Made by a program: the position numbers and the translations under genes. DNA of 63,844 bases, counting the filler, from an uncultured Methanospirillum sp. (lineage in GTDB: Archaea; Halobacteriota; Methanomicrobia; Methanomicrobiales; Methanospirillaceae), in NCBI GenBank assembly GCA_964637135.1. It is 4 parts of 4 records of this genome, joined end to end, with 100 filler letters (N's around TTAATTAATTAA, not from the genome) between each part and the next. Parts side by side here need not be neighbours in the genome. Positions count along the whole stretch, not along the records: positions 22,194 to 41,410 come from CAZWTX010000038.1; 3 more parts are not named here. One strand, 5' to 3'. Under the pieces are notes generated by a model, which had not been told where the DNA came from, ran no database searches, and was given only the letters and a program-made list of their open reading frames with translations. Below, in pieces: positions 22,346-31,247 of this stretch (its first letter is position 1; each line of letters opens with the position of its first letter).

Positions 22346-22789
22346 ATGAAAGCAGTATCCGGTTCTCTGAAAGCAGTTCATTATCTCCGGATCGATCACG
22401 GAGAAGACCTTGTCGGGGTCCTGACCGGATTTCTGAAGGAGCGATCGATCATGGCAGGTTCAGTCTCTCTCACCGGGGCCGTATCACGGCTTTCCCTGGT
22501 ATGCGGACCAGAACAACTGACCCTCCCGCCGGTTCCCCACCGGGAGGTCAGGAATGGGGGGTATGAACTGACCGGTCATGGCGTGATCCACACCGGGACG
22601 GATGGCCCGCACCTGCACCTCCATGTCACCGCCGGAAGGGGGACCGAAGTACTCTGCGGCTGTCTCCGGGGCGATACCCGTGTCTACCTCATTGTCGAGG
22701 CAGTGATTCATGAATATACCGGGTTCATGCTCCCTGAAAGAGCGGATCCGGTATGCCACCTTCCGCTCCCGCTTCCGGAAGAGATCTGA
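22346..22789 (+). CDS. PPC/DUF296 domain protein
   Basis: LRIDHGEDL, GAVS, HLHLH...G...GCL. Confidence 0.85.
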   Translation: MKAVSGSLKAVHYLRIDHGEDLVGVLTGFLKERSIMAGSVSLTGAVSRLSLVCGPEQLTLPPVPHREVRNGGYELTGHGVIHTGTDGPHLHLHVTAGRGTEVLCGCLRGDTRVYLIVEAVIHEYTGFMLPERADPVCHLPLPLPEEI

Positions 22790-23422
22790 TCACGAGGTAG
22801 CCGGCCTCTCAACACCGATCCTGCTTCGTTTCAGATCAGGAGAGAAACCAAGGCCGAGGAGAAAGTCCCGGGATTCACCGGTGTTATGGAGGAGAACCTC
22901 AATCAGGTCTTCCTTCTCGTCCACGTCGCAGTATAACCGGAACGAGTCGATGATCCGCAGGGAAAGTCCTGCTTTCTCCCCGTACCGGCAGTGCTTCTCA
23001 AAACTTCTCCCGTAATACTGGGCCCTGAACCGGGAAGCCCTGCGGATATACACCGCGTTCGTTCCCCCTCCCCTGCCGGGGACAATCGCAAGATCGGCAC
23101 CGGAGGAAAGCAGGGCAAGAACAGATGACCGGTCGGCAAGGGCGAGATCGGCCATGACAATCGCGAGAGGTTCGTCATTTCCCGTGCAGAAGGTATCTAT
23201 CGCCTCGTTCAGACCTTGTTCGAGGATTTTCACGGGGATATCCCCGTTATCGAAAGGAGCAGTCGAGAGAACGAGGGGGTTACAACCGGCAGACCTGAGC
23301 GCCGTCACCACGTCACGGAGCATGCAGAGGGCAAAAGCAGTCCGCTCCTCCTCGGAGAGCACCGGGGAGAGACGGGTCTTCGGGTGTATCGGCTTGAACG
23401 GGATGACCACCGGTATGCGCAT
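22790..23422 (-). CDS. cofC: 2-phospho-L-lactate guanylyltransferase (F420 biosynthesis)
   Basis: VIPFK...KTRLS, MADLAL, GRGGGTN, DVDEKEDL. Confidence 0.93.
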   Translation of the reverse strand: MRIPVVIPFKPIHPKTRLSPVLSEEERTAFALCMLRDVVTALRSAGCNPLVLSTAPFDNGDIPVKILEQGLNEAIDTFCTGNDEPLAIVMADLALADRSSVLALLSSGADLAIVPGRGGGTNAVYIRRASRFRAQYYGRSFEKHCRYGEKAGLSLRIIDSFRLYCDVDEKEDLIEVLLHNTGESRDFLLGLGFSPDLKRSRIGVERPATS

Positions 23423-23547
23423 CTCACCTCCGTTAGGAGTATGAACCAAAAAACCCTCGCAGATGTGTCAGGATACCGTCGGAACGGTTCCGTGGATCCG
23501 GCTGCGGAACCGCTGGGGCCATAACCTTCCCGGCCGAACAGGTAGGT

Positions 23548-24531
23548 ATGATGGGGCGGGAGATCACCTACTCCCGGAATGTCTTCATTCCACTAACGTT
23601 CGTCTGCCGGAACCGGTGCGGGTACTGCACGTTCCGGAGGGAGGCCGGCCCCGGTTGTCTCCTATCTCCAAAAGAGGTTACCGGGATCATCCAGCGTGGA
23701 TCAGCTGCCGGATGCACCGAGGCGCTCTTCACGTTCGGGGAGAAACCGGAGGGGGAAGACGGGTTTATGCCGTACCTCCGGGGGGCTGGGTACGAATCAA
23801 TCCTCGGATACTGCCACGAAATGAGCCGGGTAGCGATAGACGCCGGGATCCTTCCCCATACCAATGCCGGAATTCTCACCCCCGAAGAGATGACAGACCT
23901 GAAGGAGGTCAACGCGAGTATGGGTCTGATGCTTGAGACCTGCGCTGACATCCCGGCCCATGCCGGTTCACCCGGGAAAAAACCGGAAGTCAGGATCGAA
24001 ATGATCGAGGAGGCAGGAAAACTCCGCATTCCGTTTACCACCGGGCTTCTCCTTGGGATCGGAGAGACACGGCAGGACCGGGAGGATTCTCTCCACGTGA
24101 TCGCCGATCTCCACCGTCGGTACGATCACATCCAGGAAGTGATCATCCAGAACTTCTGCCCGAAACCCGGTACCCGGATGGCATGCGTGCCCGGTGCCAG
24201 TGCTGAAGTACTGAAGGATACCGTCAGGATGGCAACAGAGATCCTTCCCGATGACATCTCCATTCAGATCCCGCCCAATCTCGCGGAGATCAGGGAGATC
24301 CTTCCGTCCGGGGTGACCGATCTCGGCGGCGTCTCACCAGTCACCATCGATTACGTGAACCCCGAGCATCCCTGGCCGGCAATTGAAGAGTTGAAAGAGA
24401 CCGCCAGGGGGTACATCCTGCGTGAACGGCTCTGCATCTACCCGAAATACATTAAAAAGGGCTGGTACCCGGAGTGTCTCAGGGATCTTATCATCAGGCT
24501 TGAGGACAGAATCAGTACCAGAGGATTGTAA
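23548..24531 (+). CDS. cofG: FO synthase subunit 1
   Basis: ITYSRNVFIPLT, CRNRCGYC radical SAM motif, SMGLMLE, DYVNPEHPWP. Confidence 0.95.
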   Translation: MMGREITYSRNVFIPLTFVCRNRCGYCTFRREAGPGCLLSPKEVTGIIQRGSAAGCTEALFTFGEKPEGEDGFMPYLRGAGYESILGYCHEMSRVAIDAGILPHTNAGILTPEEMTDLKEVNASMGLMLETCADIPAHAGSPGKKPEVRIEMIEEAGKLRIPFTTGLLLGIGETRQDREDSLHVIADLHRRYDHIQEVIIQNFCPKPGTRMACVPGASAEVLKDTVRMATEILPDDISIQIPPNLAEIREILPSGVTDLGGVSPVTIDYVNPEHPWPAIEELKETARGYILRERLCIYPKYIKKGWYPECLRDLIIRLEDRISTRGL

Positions 24532-25247
24532 TGAACCAGGGCACCCCCCTCTATGTAGGGAAGGCGAAGTCAGTATTCGCCACCGGAAAACCTGATGAGC
24601 TGCGTGTGGTCTTCCGCAATGACATGACCGCATTCAACGGGGTAAAACACGACCAGTTCGAGAATAAGGGGCGGTTTAACGCGACGGCATCCGCGTTCTT
24701 CATGGATCTGCTCGAAAGATCCGGGATAAAAACTCATTTTATCAGGATGAGTGGCCCTGAAGAGATGATCGTCAGGAGCCTTTCGATGATCCCGCTCGAG
24801 GTGATCGTCCGCAATGTCGCTGCCGGTTCGATGACGAAGAAATACCCGGTCGAGAATGGGACTGTCCTGAAGCGACCGGTAGTCACGATCGATTACAAGG
24901 ATGACGAACGGGGCGATCCGATGATCAATGACGATCTCATTGAGGTTCTCGGTATTCTCGGGAGTGATGACCTGGCAGCGGTGAAGAAGACCGCTCTTGC
25001 AATCAACGATATTCTCTCCCGGTTCTTTGACGAATACGGGATCCGGCTCGTGGACTTCAAGCTCGAATTCGGAATGGCCAATGGAGAAATCATGCTTGGT
25101 GACGAGATCAGCATGGATTCGATGCGCCTGTGGGATAAAAAGACCGGGGAGTCCTTTGACAAGGATGTCTACCGGTTTGAAAAAGGCGACGTGATGGATG
25201 CATACCGCCGGATTCTCCAGCGCATCATGCCAGAATTCGGAGAATAA
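24531..25247 (+). CDS. purC: SAICAR synthase
   Basis: LYVGKAK, PLEVIVRN, VDFKLEFG, DEISMDSMRLWD. Confidence 0.96.
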   Translation: MNQGTPLYVGKAKSVFATGKPDELRVVFRNDMTAFNGVKHDQFENKGRFNATASAFFMDLLERSGIKTHFIRMSGPEEMIVRSLSMIPLEVIVRNVAAGSMTKKYPVENGTVLKRPVVTIDYKDDERGDPMINDDLIEVLGILGSDDLAAVKKTALAINDILSRFFDEYGIRLVDFKLEFGMANGEIMLGDEISMDSMRLWDKKTGESFDKDVYRFEKGDVMDAYRRILQRIMPEFGE

Positions 25248-25250
25248 CCC

Positions 25251-25496
25251 ATGAAATACACGGCAAACATTACCATTTCACTCAAGCGCGGAATGCTTGA
25301 TCCTGAAGCAAACGCGATCAGTGATGCCCTGAGAAACCTCGGCTTTGCGGTGGATACCATTACATCAGCACAGCAGTTCTCCGTGACCTTCGATGCAGCC
25401 TCACCTGAAGAAGCACGGGACCAGGCGGAGAAGATGTGCCTGCGGCTGCTCGCAAACCCCGTCATTCATCATTACACCATTGAGGTTGCTGAATGA
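25251..25496 (+). CDS. purS: FGAM synthase subunit PurS
   Basis: LKRGMLDPE, LLANPVI. Confidence 0.95.
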   Translation: MKYTANITISLKRGMLDPEANAISDALRNLGFAVDTITSAQQFSVTFDAASPEEARDQAEKMCLRLLANPVIHHYTIEVAE

Positions 25497-26179
25497 GGTT
25501 TGCAACAGTTGCATTCGGGGGAAGCAACTGTGATTATGACACGCAGTATGTTATCTCAGAGGTCATCGGGGTCGATTGCGACCGGGTATGGTATAAGGAC
25601 GGACTGAACCGCCAGTATGATGCAATCGTGCTCCCGGGCGGGTTCAGTTACGGTGATTACCTCAGGGCCGGTGCCATTGCTGCCCGGACACCGGTGATGG
25701 ACCGGATCAGGGCTCATGCACGGGAGGGCGGACTGGTCCTCGGAATATGCAACGGGGCACAGATCCTTGCCGAAAGCGGCCTTATCCCCGGGATGTTCAC
25801 GATTAATGCATACCCGAAGTTCATCTGCCGGCCGGCATACCTGCGGGTTGAGGATACCGGATCACCGTTCACCGGTGCCTTCAGGGAAGGACAGGTCATC
25901 CGTATTCCGATAGCACACCAGGAAGGACGGTACGTCCCGCCTCCGGAGGGTACCGTCGATGCCGCATTCAGGTTCTGTGATCTGAACGGTGCGGTGAATC
26001 CCGGGGTGAACCCGAACGGATCGCATGGGAATATCACCGGCGTTCTTGGCGGACCGCGCCGGAATGTACTGGCAATGATGCCTCATCCCGAGCGGGCGAG
26101 CGAGGATGTACTCGGATCAGCGGATGGAAAGCAGATTTTTTCCTCGATGATTCAGTACATTGAAGGGAACAGGAGCTGA
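25493..26179 (+). CDS. purQ: FGAM synthase glutaminase subunit PurQ
   Basis: PGGFSYGDYLRAG, GICNG, MMPHPER. Confidence 0.96.
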   Translation: MRFATVAFGGSNCDYDTQYVISEVIGVDCDRVWYKDGLNRQYDAIVLPGGFSYGDYLRAGAIAARTPVMDRIRAHAREGGLVLGICNGAQILAESGLIPGMFTINAYPKFICRPAYLRVEDTGSPFTGAFREGQVIRIPIAHQEGRYVPPPEGTVDAAFRFCDLNGAVNPGVNPNGSHGNITGVLGGPRRNVLAMMPHPERASEDVLGSADGKQIFSSMIQYIEGNRS

Positions 26180-26186
26180 GAGATAC

Positions 26187-26486
26187 ATGGGTGAAGGAGA
26201 ACCGGTGACACATCTGGAAGAAGAGATTCTCAAATGGGCAGAGGAATATGCCGGGGAGCACGGGTGGATTCTCAACCCTGATGACCGTCAGCGCAATGCC
26301 GTCGCGAAAGGTCTCGCACGGAACACGGAGCGGTTTGGTGCACGATACTGCCCCTGCCGGATCCGGTCAGGAGACCCGGAGACTGACAAACGGATCATCT
26401 GTCCCTGCATCTACCACCAGGACGAGGTTGACCAGGCAGGCAGATGCACCTGTAACTTCTTTTTTGATCCGGAAATCGTTGAATAA
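26187..26486 (+). CDS. Ferredoxin:thioredoxin reductase catalytic subunit-like protein
   Basis: YCPCR...ICPC...CTC cysteine pattern. Confidence 0.88.
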   Translation: MGEGEPVTHLEEEILKWAEEYAGEHGWILNPDDRQRNAVAKGLARNTERFGARYCPCRIRSGDPETDKRIICPCIYHQDEVDQAGRCTCNFFFDPEIVE

Positions 26487-26554
26487 GCGGATTATACTCC
26501 CCTCATTCCTTCGACAGGTTCATATCTGCATTTTTCCTTGTATAAACGAAGAAC

Positions 26555-27247
26555 ATGGCATCTATCGGAACCATCATCGCAGAAGCATCTGAGTACGTGA
26601 AGACCGGATGCATCACCGACTGGAAACGCTGGCTGATCCTGATCATCCTCATGATCGTCCAGGGATTCACGCTCTGCATCGTTCCCCTCTTCAACGGGTA
26701 CCTCGTCAGGGTGTACGGGTCATCAAACCCCACTGCCCCGGGAACGGAGGGGATCGGCCGGCTCTTCGTGGACGGCTGGAAGTTCAACATTATCACGATC
26801 CTCTACCTCATTCCGGCGATCATTGTCGCCCTCATCTTCGGAGTCCTCGGGGTCCTTCCGATGATCGCCGGGATTCTCTCTACCGGAAAGATCGCCGAGA
26901 TCGTGGGGATCGCCATCGGGAGCCTCGGGATACTCCTCGCGGTCCTCCTCGTAATCGTCTTCTCCCTCCTCATGTACATGGCATATGTCCGGTTCTCCCG
27001 GAGCGGTGCACTGGCAGACGCATTCGCAATCGGCGATATCTCGCATCATATCTCCTCCGGTATCGGATGGGGGCCCTACGTTGCGGTCTGGATCATCGTC
27101 TGGATCCTCTCGGCAACCCTCTTCCTCATTATCATGGGCCTGAGCGTCGTTCCGTTCCTCGGACCGCTTGCCGGACTGATCCTCTCCCCGCTCTGGGGTG
27201 TATTCATCGCCCGGATCATCAGCAACGTCTATGATGCAACCGCCTGA
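26555..27247 (+). CDS. DUF4013-like membrane protein
   Basis: GYLVRVY, LFVDGWK, AYVRFSRSG..ADAF. Confidence 0.8.
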   Translation: MASIGTIIAEASEYVKTGCITDWKRWLILIILMIVQGFTLCIVPLFNGYLVRVYGSSNPTAPGTEGIGRLFVDGWKFNIITILYLIPAIIVALIFGVLGVLPMIAGILSTGKIAEIVGIAIGSLGILLAVLLVIVFSLLMYMAYVRFSRSGALADAFAIGDISHHISSGIGWGPYVAVWIIVWILSATLFLIIMGLSVVPFLGPLAGLILSPLWGVFIARIISNVYDATA

Positions 27248-27381
27248 TTCAGGCAAAAAAAGGGGAGGAGAACTCACCCTACTCAATCATTTTTAGAAAA
27301 CTCGGTTTTCAGACCCTTTTTAGAAAAGAGCGTCCCTAGAGAGATTTCTATATGATTCTATGACCTCCTCTTCTATTCAAC

Positions 27382-27481
27382 TATAGAGAATAGTGAATAA
27401 CCCCACATTGGCATAAAAGCCGATTTAAATGACTTATATAGTCGAGATTTTTTTATCTGGGGTTAATCACTATTCTCTATA
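27382..27481. repeat. 24-bp inverted repeat pair bounding a 100-bp element (MITE-like)
   Basis: TATAGAGAATAGTGAATAACCCCA (27382-27405) versus TGGGGTTAATCACTATTCTCTATA (27458-27481); 1 mismatch. Confidence 0.75.
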
Positions 27482-27682
27482 AAGTAATCCTTTATAGTTT
27501 GATCAAATTAAACAGAACTCGCTAATTTTACCAAATCCCAAGTAAATCGGGTTATTTTCAAATATCTTATACTACATTGTGATCTGTTTTATCGATCAGA
27601 TTCCATCAAAACCATACCGGAGTAAACAAATCATTTTTTTACTGCTGCCGGTGAGAATCATTATTACGGCACCGGAGGAGAG

Positions 27683-28546
27683 ATGTTTTTCAGTAATGAT
27701 ACTATGGAGCCTTTCTATACTATTTGCGAAAAATGTAACCAGATAATCTACATCACTAAAAAAGAATCTAAAATTAAATGCCCAAACTGCTCACATAAAC
27801 TTCTCTATAGTTCTACTCAACCGGCTGAAAATAATGACCTGCTCCTCCAAAAGCGAGATAAAAGCCTAAGAAAAATACAACAACTCAAACAAAACTACGA
27901 TGTCAAACAGCTCGGAGAGAGAAGTTATCTAACCCTATGCCCATCCTGTGGATTTGAAATTGTTTTTTCTTACAATGAATGGAATCATCCATGTAAAAAC
28001 TGTGGATACTTACTAAACCGAGCATTATCACCACCAATTGAATTAAACGAGAATATTTCTTCTATTAACAATCCTCTTTACCACTTAGCGGGCGTAAATG
28101 GAGAATTATTCCTTTATTCATCAAAAATAATCATTTCACGGAATAAATCCAGCATTATCACTGGTTTGTCTCAAGGATTTACAAAAGGCGATAAAACAAT
28201 TTATATCAACCAAATATCCGGAGTTCAATTAAAACTAGCAGGACTAACAAATGGTTATATCCAATTCACAATATCAGGTGGAAAGGAAAGCACTGGAGGA
28301 GCATTTGATGCAACAACTGACGAAAATACGGTTATGTTTTCATCAGCCAATAACGAAATTGCATCACAAATTCAGCAAAAAATTGATGAAATCAAGGATT
28401 CATTACACAACAATAAAACTGGAAGTGTGGATAAGCCTTCATTGAGTGGGGCTGATGAAATTCGTAAGTTCAAACAATTGATGGATGAAGGAATCATCAC
28501 TCAAGAAGAATTTGAGATGAAAAAGAAACAATTATTAGAGATTTAA
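27683..28546 (+). CDS. AT-rich gene: double zinc ribbon, PH-like domain and C-terminal SHOCT domain
   Basis: Four CxxC pairs, KTIYINQISGVQLK...GYIQF...DENTVMF, ADEIRKFKQLMDEGIITQEEFEMKKKQLL. Confidence 0.85.
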   Translation: MFFSNDTMEPFYTICEKCNQIIYITKKESKIKCPNCSHKLLYSSTQPAENNDLLLQKRDKSLRKIQQLKQNYDVKQLGERSYLTLCPSCGFEIVFSYNEWNHPCKNCGYLLNRALSPPIELNENISSINNPLYHLAGVNGELFLYSSKIIISRNKSSIITGLSQGFTKGDKTIYINQISGVQLKLAGLTNGYIQFTISGGKESTGGAFDATTDENTVMFSSANNEIASQIQQKIDEIKDSLHNNKTGSVDKPSLSGADEIRKFKQLMDEGIITQEEFEMKKKQLLEI

Positions 28547-29031
28547 CCACTCCCCGGCTGCCTGACCACGAGAACCGGAACCGGGCTCCGGTGCACCACC
28601 CCACCACTTACGCTCCCGAGGATCAGACGGCCGGCCATTCCTTTCCCGGTTGACCCCACCACGATCAGGTCACACCGGTCTGACTGGCCGTACTCGATCA
28701 GGGCATCGACCGGATCCCCGACACGGGTATGAAGGGTCACTTCCGAACCTTCTGCCGTAGCGGTGGCGTGGATATTCTCTGCTATTTCGTTCTCCTCCTT
28801 CTGCAGCAGGCTGACATGCCGTGTCTCCCCGGACGATGTCTGGTCAACAATCTCCCGTTCAGCAAGCTGCGTATAGATTCGCGGCGGGATGACCAGCATC
28901 ACCTCCACCTTCGATGAGAGGAGCTTTCCTAACTTCACTGCCTCGGCAAGTGCATACAGGCTCTCCTTTGAACCGTCAACCCCGACAAGAATCCGCTGGT
29001 ACATATGCATCAGACTGGGTGACAAATCCAT
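28543..29031 (-). CDS. Universal stress protein
   Basis: ILVGVDGS, DLIVVGSTG..LILGSVS..VV..SPVPVLVV; start could be the Met at 29004. Confidence 0.93.
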   Translation of the reverse strand: MDLSPSLMHMYQRILVGVDGSKESLYALAEAVKLGKLLSSKVEVMLVIPPRIYTQLAEREIVDQTSSGETRHVSLLQKEENEIAENIHATATAEGSEVTLHTRVGDPVDALIEYGQSDRCDLIVVGSTGKGMAGRLILGSVSGGVVHRSPVPVLVVRQPGSG

Positions 29032-29049
29032 ATAGACAATCCCATCCGG

Positions 29050-29712
29050 TTACCAGACCGGACGGGCAAGTCCGAATGCCTCCGCATATGAACTCCCGGG
29101 ACAACTGATACTTCGGTACCGGTTCAGCCCGGTGATCACCTCGTCAAACTGGCGTTGTTCCTGTTGTGAGGTATGGGCACGGATAATCTCCTGCTTGCGA
29201 TCAATGACCGCAGAGATATCAGTGAAGAGGAGGGGATCGAAAACCGGGGTCCAGACCTCGTACAGCCGGATCTCCCTGACCCGGTGGGGCTGCTCACCGA
29301 TATCTGGGAAATGGGACGTGGCCGCACGACGGCAGCCCTCGATCACAGCAGTTGCAACCGCCTGGTGATCAGGATGGGCATCCCCAGGATGGTGGACATA
29401 GACAATTTCTGGGGCGTATTTCCGGATCAGACGGCCGGCCGCGGTGACCAGGGTGAGATCGTGGGGCACAAGTCCCCCGTCATGATACTCAAGCGATACC
29501 CGGTCTGCTGCTCCCATCATGGCGGCCGCGATCTGACCCTCCTGCCACCGGATCTCTCCGGTCTTCACCGGCGGGGTATCAAGTGTACCGGCATCGCCGT
29601 TCGTGACATCGACGATGAAAACCTCGTCCCCGTCACCGGAATGGAGCAGGAGCGATCCGCCACACCCTATCTCGACATCATCAGGATGGGCACCGAAGGC
29701 AAGAATCCGCAT
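29050..29712 (-). CDS. PIG-L/LmbE family de-N-acetylase
   Basis: AHPDDVEIGCGG, TNGDAG, DAHPDH, HTSQ, YAEAF. Confidence 0.92.
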   Translation of the reverse strand: MRILAFGAHPDDVEIGCGGSLLLHSGDGDEVFIVDVTNGDAGTLDTPPVKTGEIRWQEGQIAAAMMGAADRVSLEYHDGGLVPHDLTLVTAAGRLIRKYAPEIVYVHHPGDAHPDHQAVATAVIEGCRRAATSHFPDIGEQPHRVREIRLYEVWTPVFDPLLFTDISAVIDRKQEIIRAHTSQQEQRQFDEVITGLNRYRSISCPGSSYAEAFGLARPVW

Positions 29713-29714
29713 GA

Positions 29715-30017
29715 TCAGCCAAGCCTGACGAGCGCCTCTCTCCCGGTCATCCCGGGAACAACCCCGGCCTTTCCGGCAACGGCATTCGCGACGACAACCT
29801 CACCGGCAAGGAGATCGTCAAGGTTCCTCACCGAATCAGCCGTCGTTGGTTTCACCTTGGCCGCTGCAATACCGAACTTCTCAAGGGCCACTGCATCTAT
29901 CGCCCCACAGCCGACAAGCCCGCCGGTTCCTTTCGCAAAAACGAGGCTCACCGGGCCGATAGGAATCCCGTACCAGGTGAACTCCTTTCCATCAAGAACA
30001 ACCGTTGCAGATTCCAT
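29715..30017 (-). CDS. YunC/DUF1805 family protein
   Basis: GLVGCGAID, V..LDDLL, GVVPGMTGREAL. Confidence 0.85.
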   Translation of the reverse strand: MESATVVLDGKEFTWYGIPIGPVSLVFAKGTGGLVGCGAIDAVALEKFGIAAAKVKPTTADSVRNLDDLLAGEVVVANAVAGKAGVVPGMTGREALVRLG

Positions 30018-30042
30018 GGTACCCGTTATCCCCGGCCCTATA

Positions 30043-31173
30043 TCAGGATGGCAGGTGATCTTCTGTCAGGATACGATACCGGGATTCCAGGAGATCCACG
30101 ATACGATCCCAGTCATGTTCAGCGGCATATGCATCCATTGCCGTCTGATCGGGAGTCATATCCAGAGCCTGAAGAATAATCCCGGCAAGCCGCGATGGAT
30201 CAGGCGGTGTCAGGAATCCGCATCCGGGAAGGATATGATCCCGTGCCGCGTTCCGGGGGTGATCCAACGTTATCACAATGCATCCGCAGGCGATCGCTTC
30301 CACGGCTGCAATCCCGAATCCTTCCCGTTCACTAGGTAGTACAAAAACACGGGAAGATTTCATAGAAGCGATAATCTCCTCCTGGTCAGTAAGAAACCCC
30401 GGACAATCCACCGTACCGGTAAGACCTGCCCCGGTGATCTTCCGGAGGACGGCAGGTCGCTCCGGCCCGTCACCAATCATCAGGCATCGGAGATCCGGCT
30501 TTATCCTGACCAGCCGGGAGACCGCATCCACCACGAGCCCGGGGTGTTTCTCAGGGATAAACCGGCCGAGAAAGAGAATGTCATATTCTTTCGCTATCCG
30601 CGGGATCGCACGGATGGCAGCATAATCAATCCCGTTCGGGACGATGGGGATCTCATCCTTGTACCCGGCATGGCGCAGGGCCGATCCGGTATGGGCCGAG
30701 ACCGCGATGAGCGGATGGCTCATGCAAAGGGCAATCCACTCAATCAGCCGGCCAATCCATCCGGCAGGCCCGAGGTACTCGTACCAGTATGATCCCCAGT
30801 ATTCATGCCAGGTATATACCCGGGGGATATTACGGTGGGCAAACGGAGAGATAAGAAGAGGAAAATAGGGAAAATTCTGGATCTCCAGGAGATCCCCGGA
30901 AAACTGCCTGAGTGCCGGCAAAAGATGCCGGGTGTACCGCAGTAATTGAAGGATCGAGCGGCATCTGCCGGAATAGAGGTTCTCTTTATTCCCGACACCA
31001 TGCAGGACGAGACCGTCCCGGGTGATAGTATCATCACCGTCCCACGATTTCATCCCGAAGATATGGATCTCATGCCCCCGTCTCGCAAGCCTGATTCAAA
31101 GCTCGTGAATCCGCCGCTCAACCCCGCCAATCGTATCCGGGCAGATGACATCATACACATATCCGATTCGCAT
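30043..31173 (-). pseudogene. Glycosyltransferase family 4 with in-frame TGA at codon 26
   Basis: ATG at 31173 reads MRIGYVYDVICPDTIGGVERRIHEL*IRLARRGHEIHIFG-MKSW, in frame with the track ORF 30043..31053; C-terminal EGFGIAAVEAIACG. Confidence 0.82.
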
Positions 31174-31247
31174 ATCAGTCCTGGTCCCCGGATTTTCCGG
31201 ATGTTCTCGCGATTGGTATATGTCTCCGGATAATAATAATACACAGG

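Noticed and set aside
29173..30339. 388-aa plus-strand ORF
   Set aside because: Antisense shadow of the PIG-L, YunC and GT4 genes, with no motifs
31096..31098. Selenocysteine codon in the GT4 gene
   Set aside because: Not a Cys/redox position, and no Sec machinery is evident in the window
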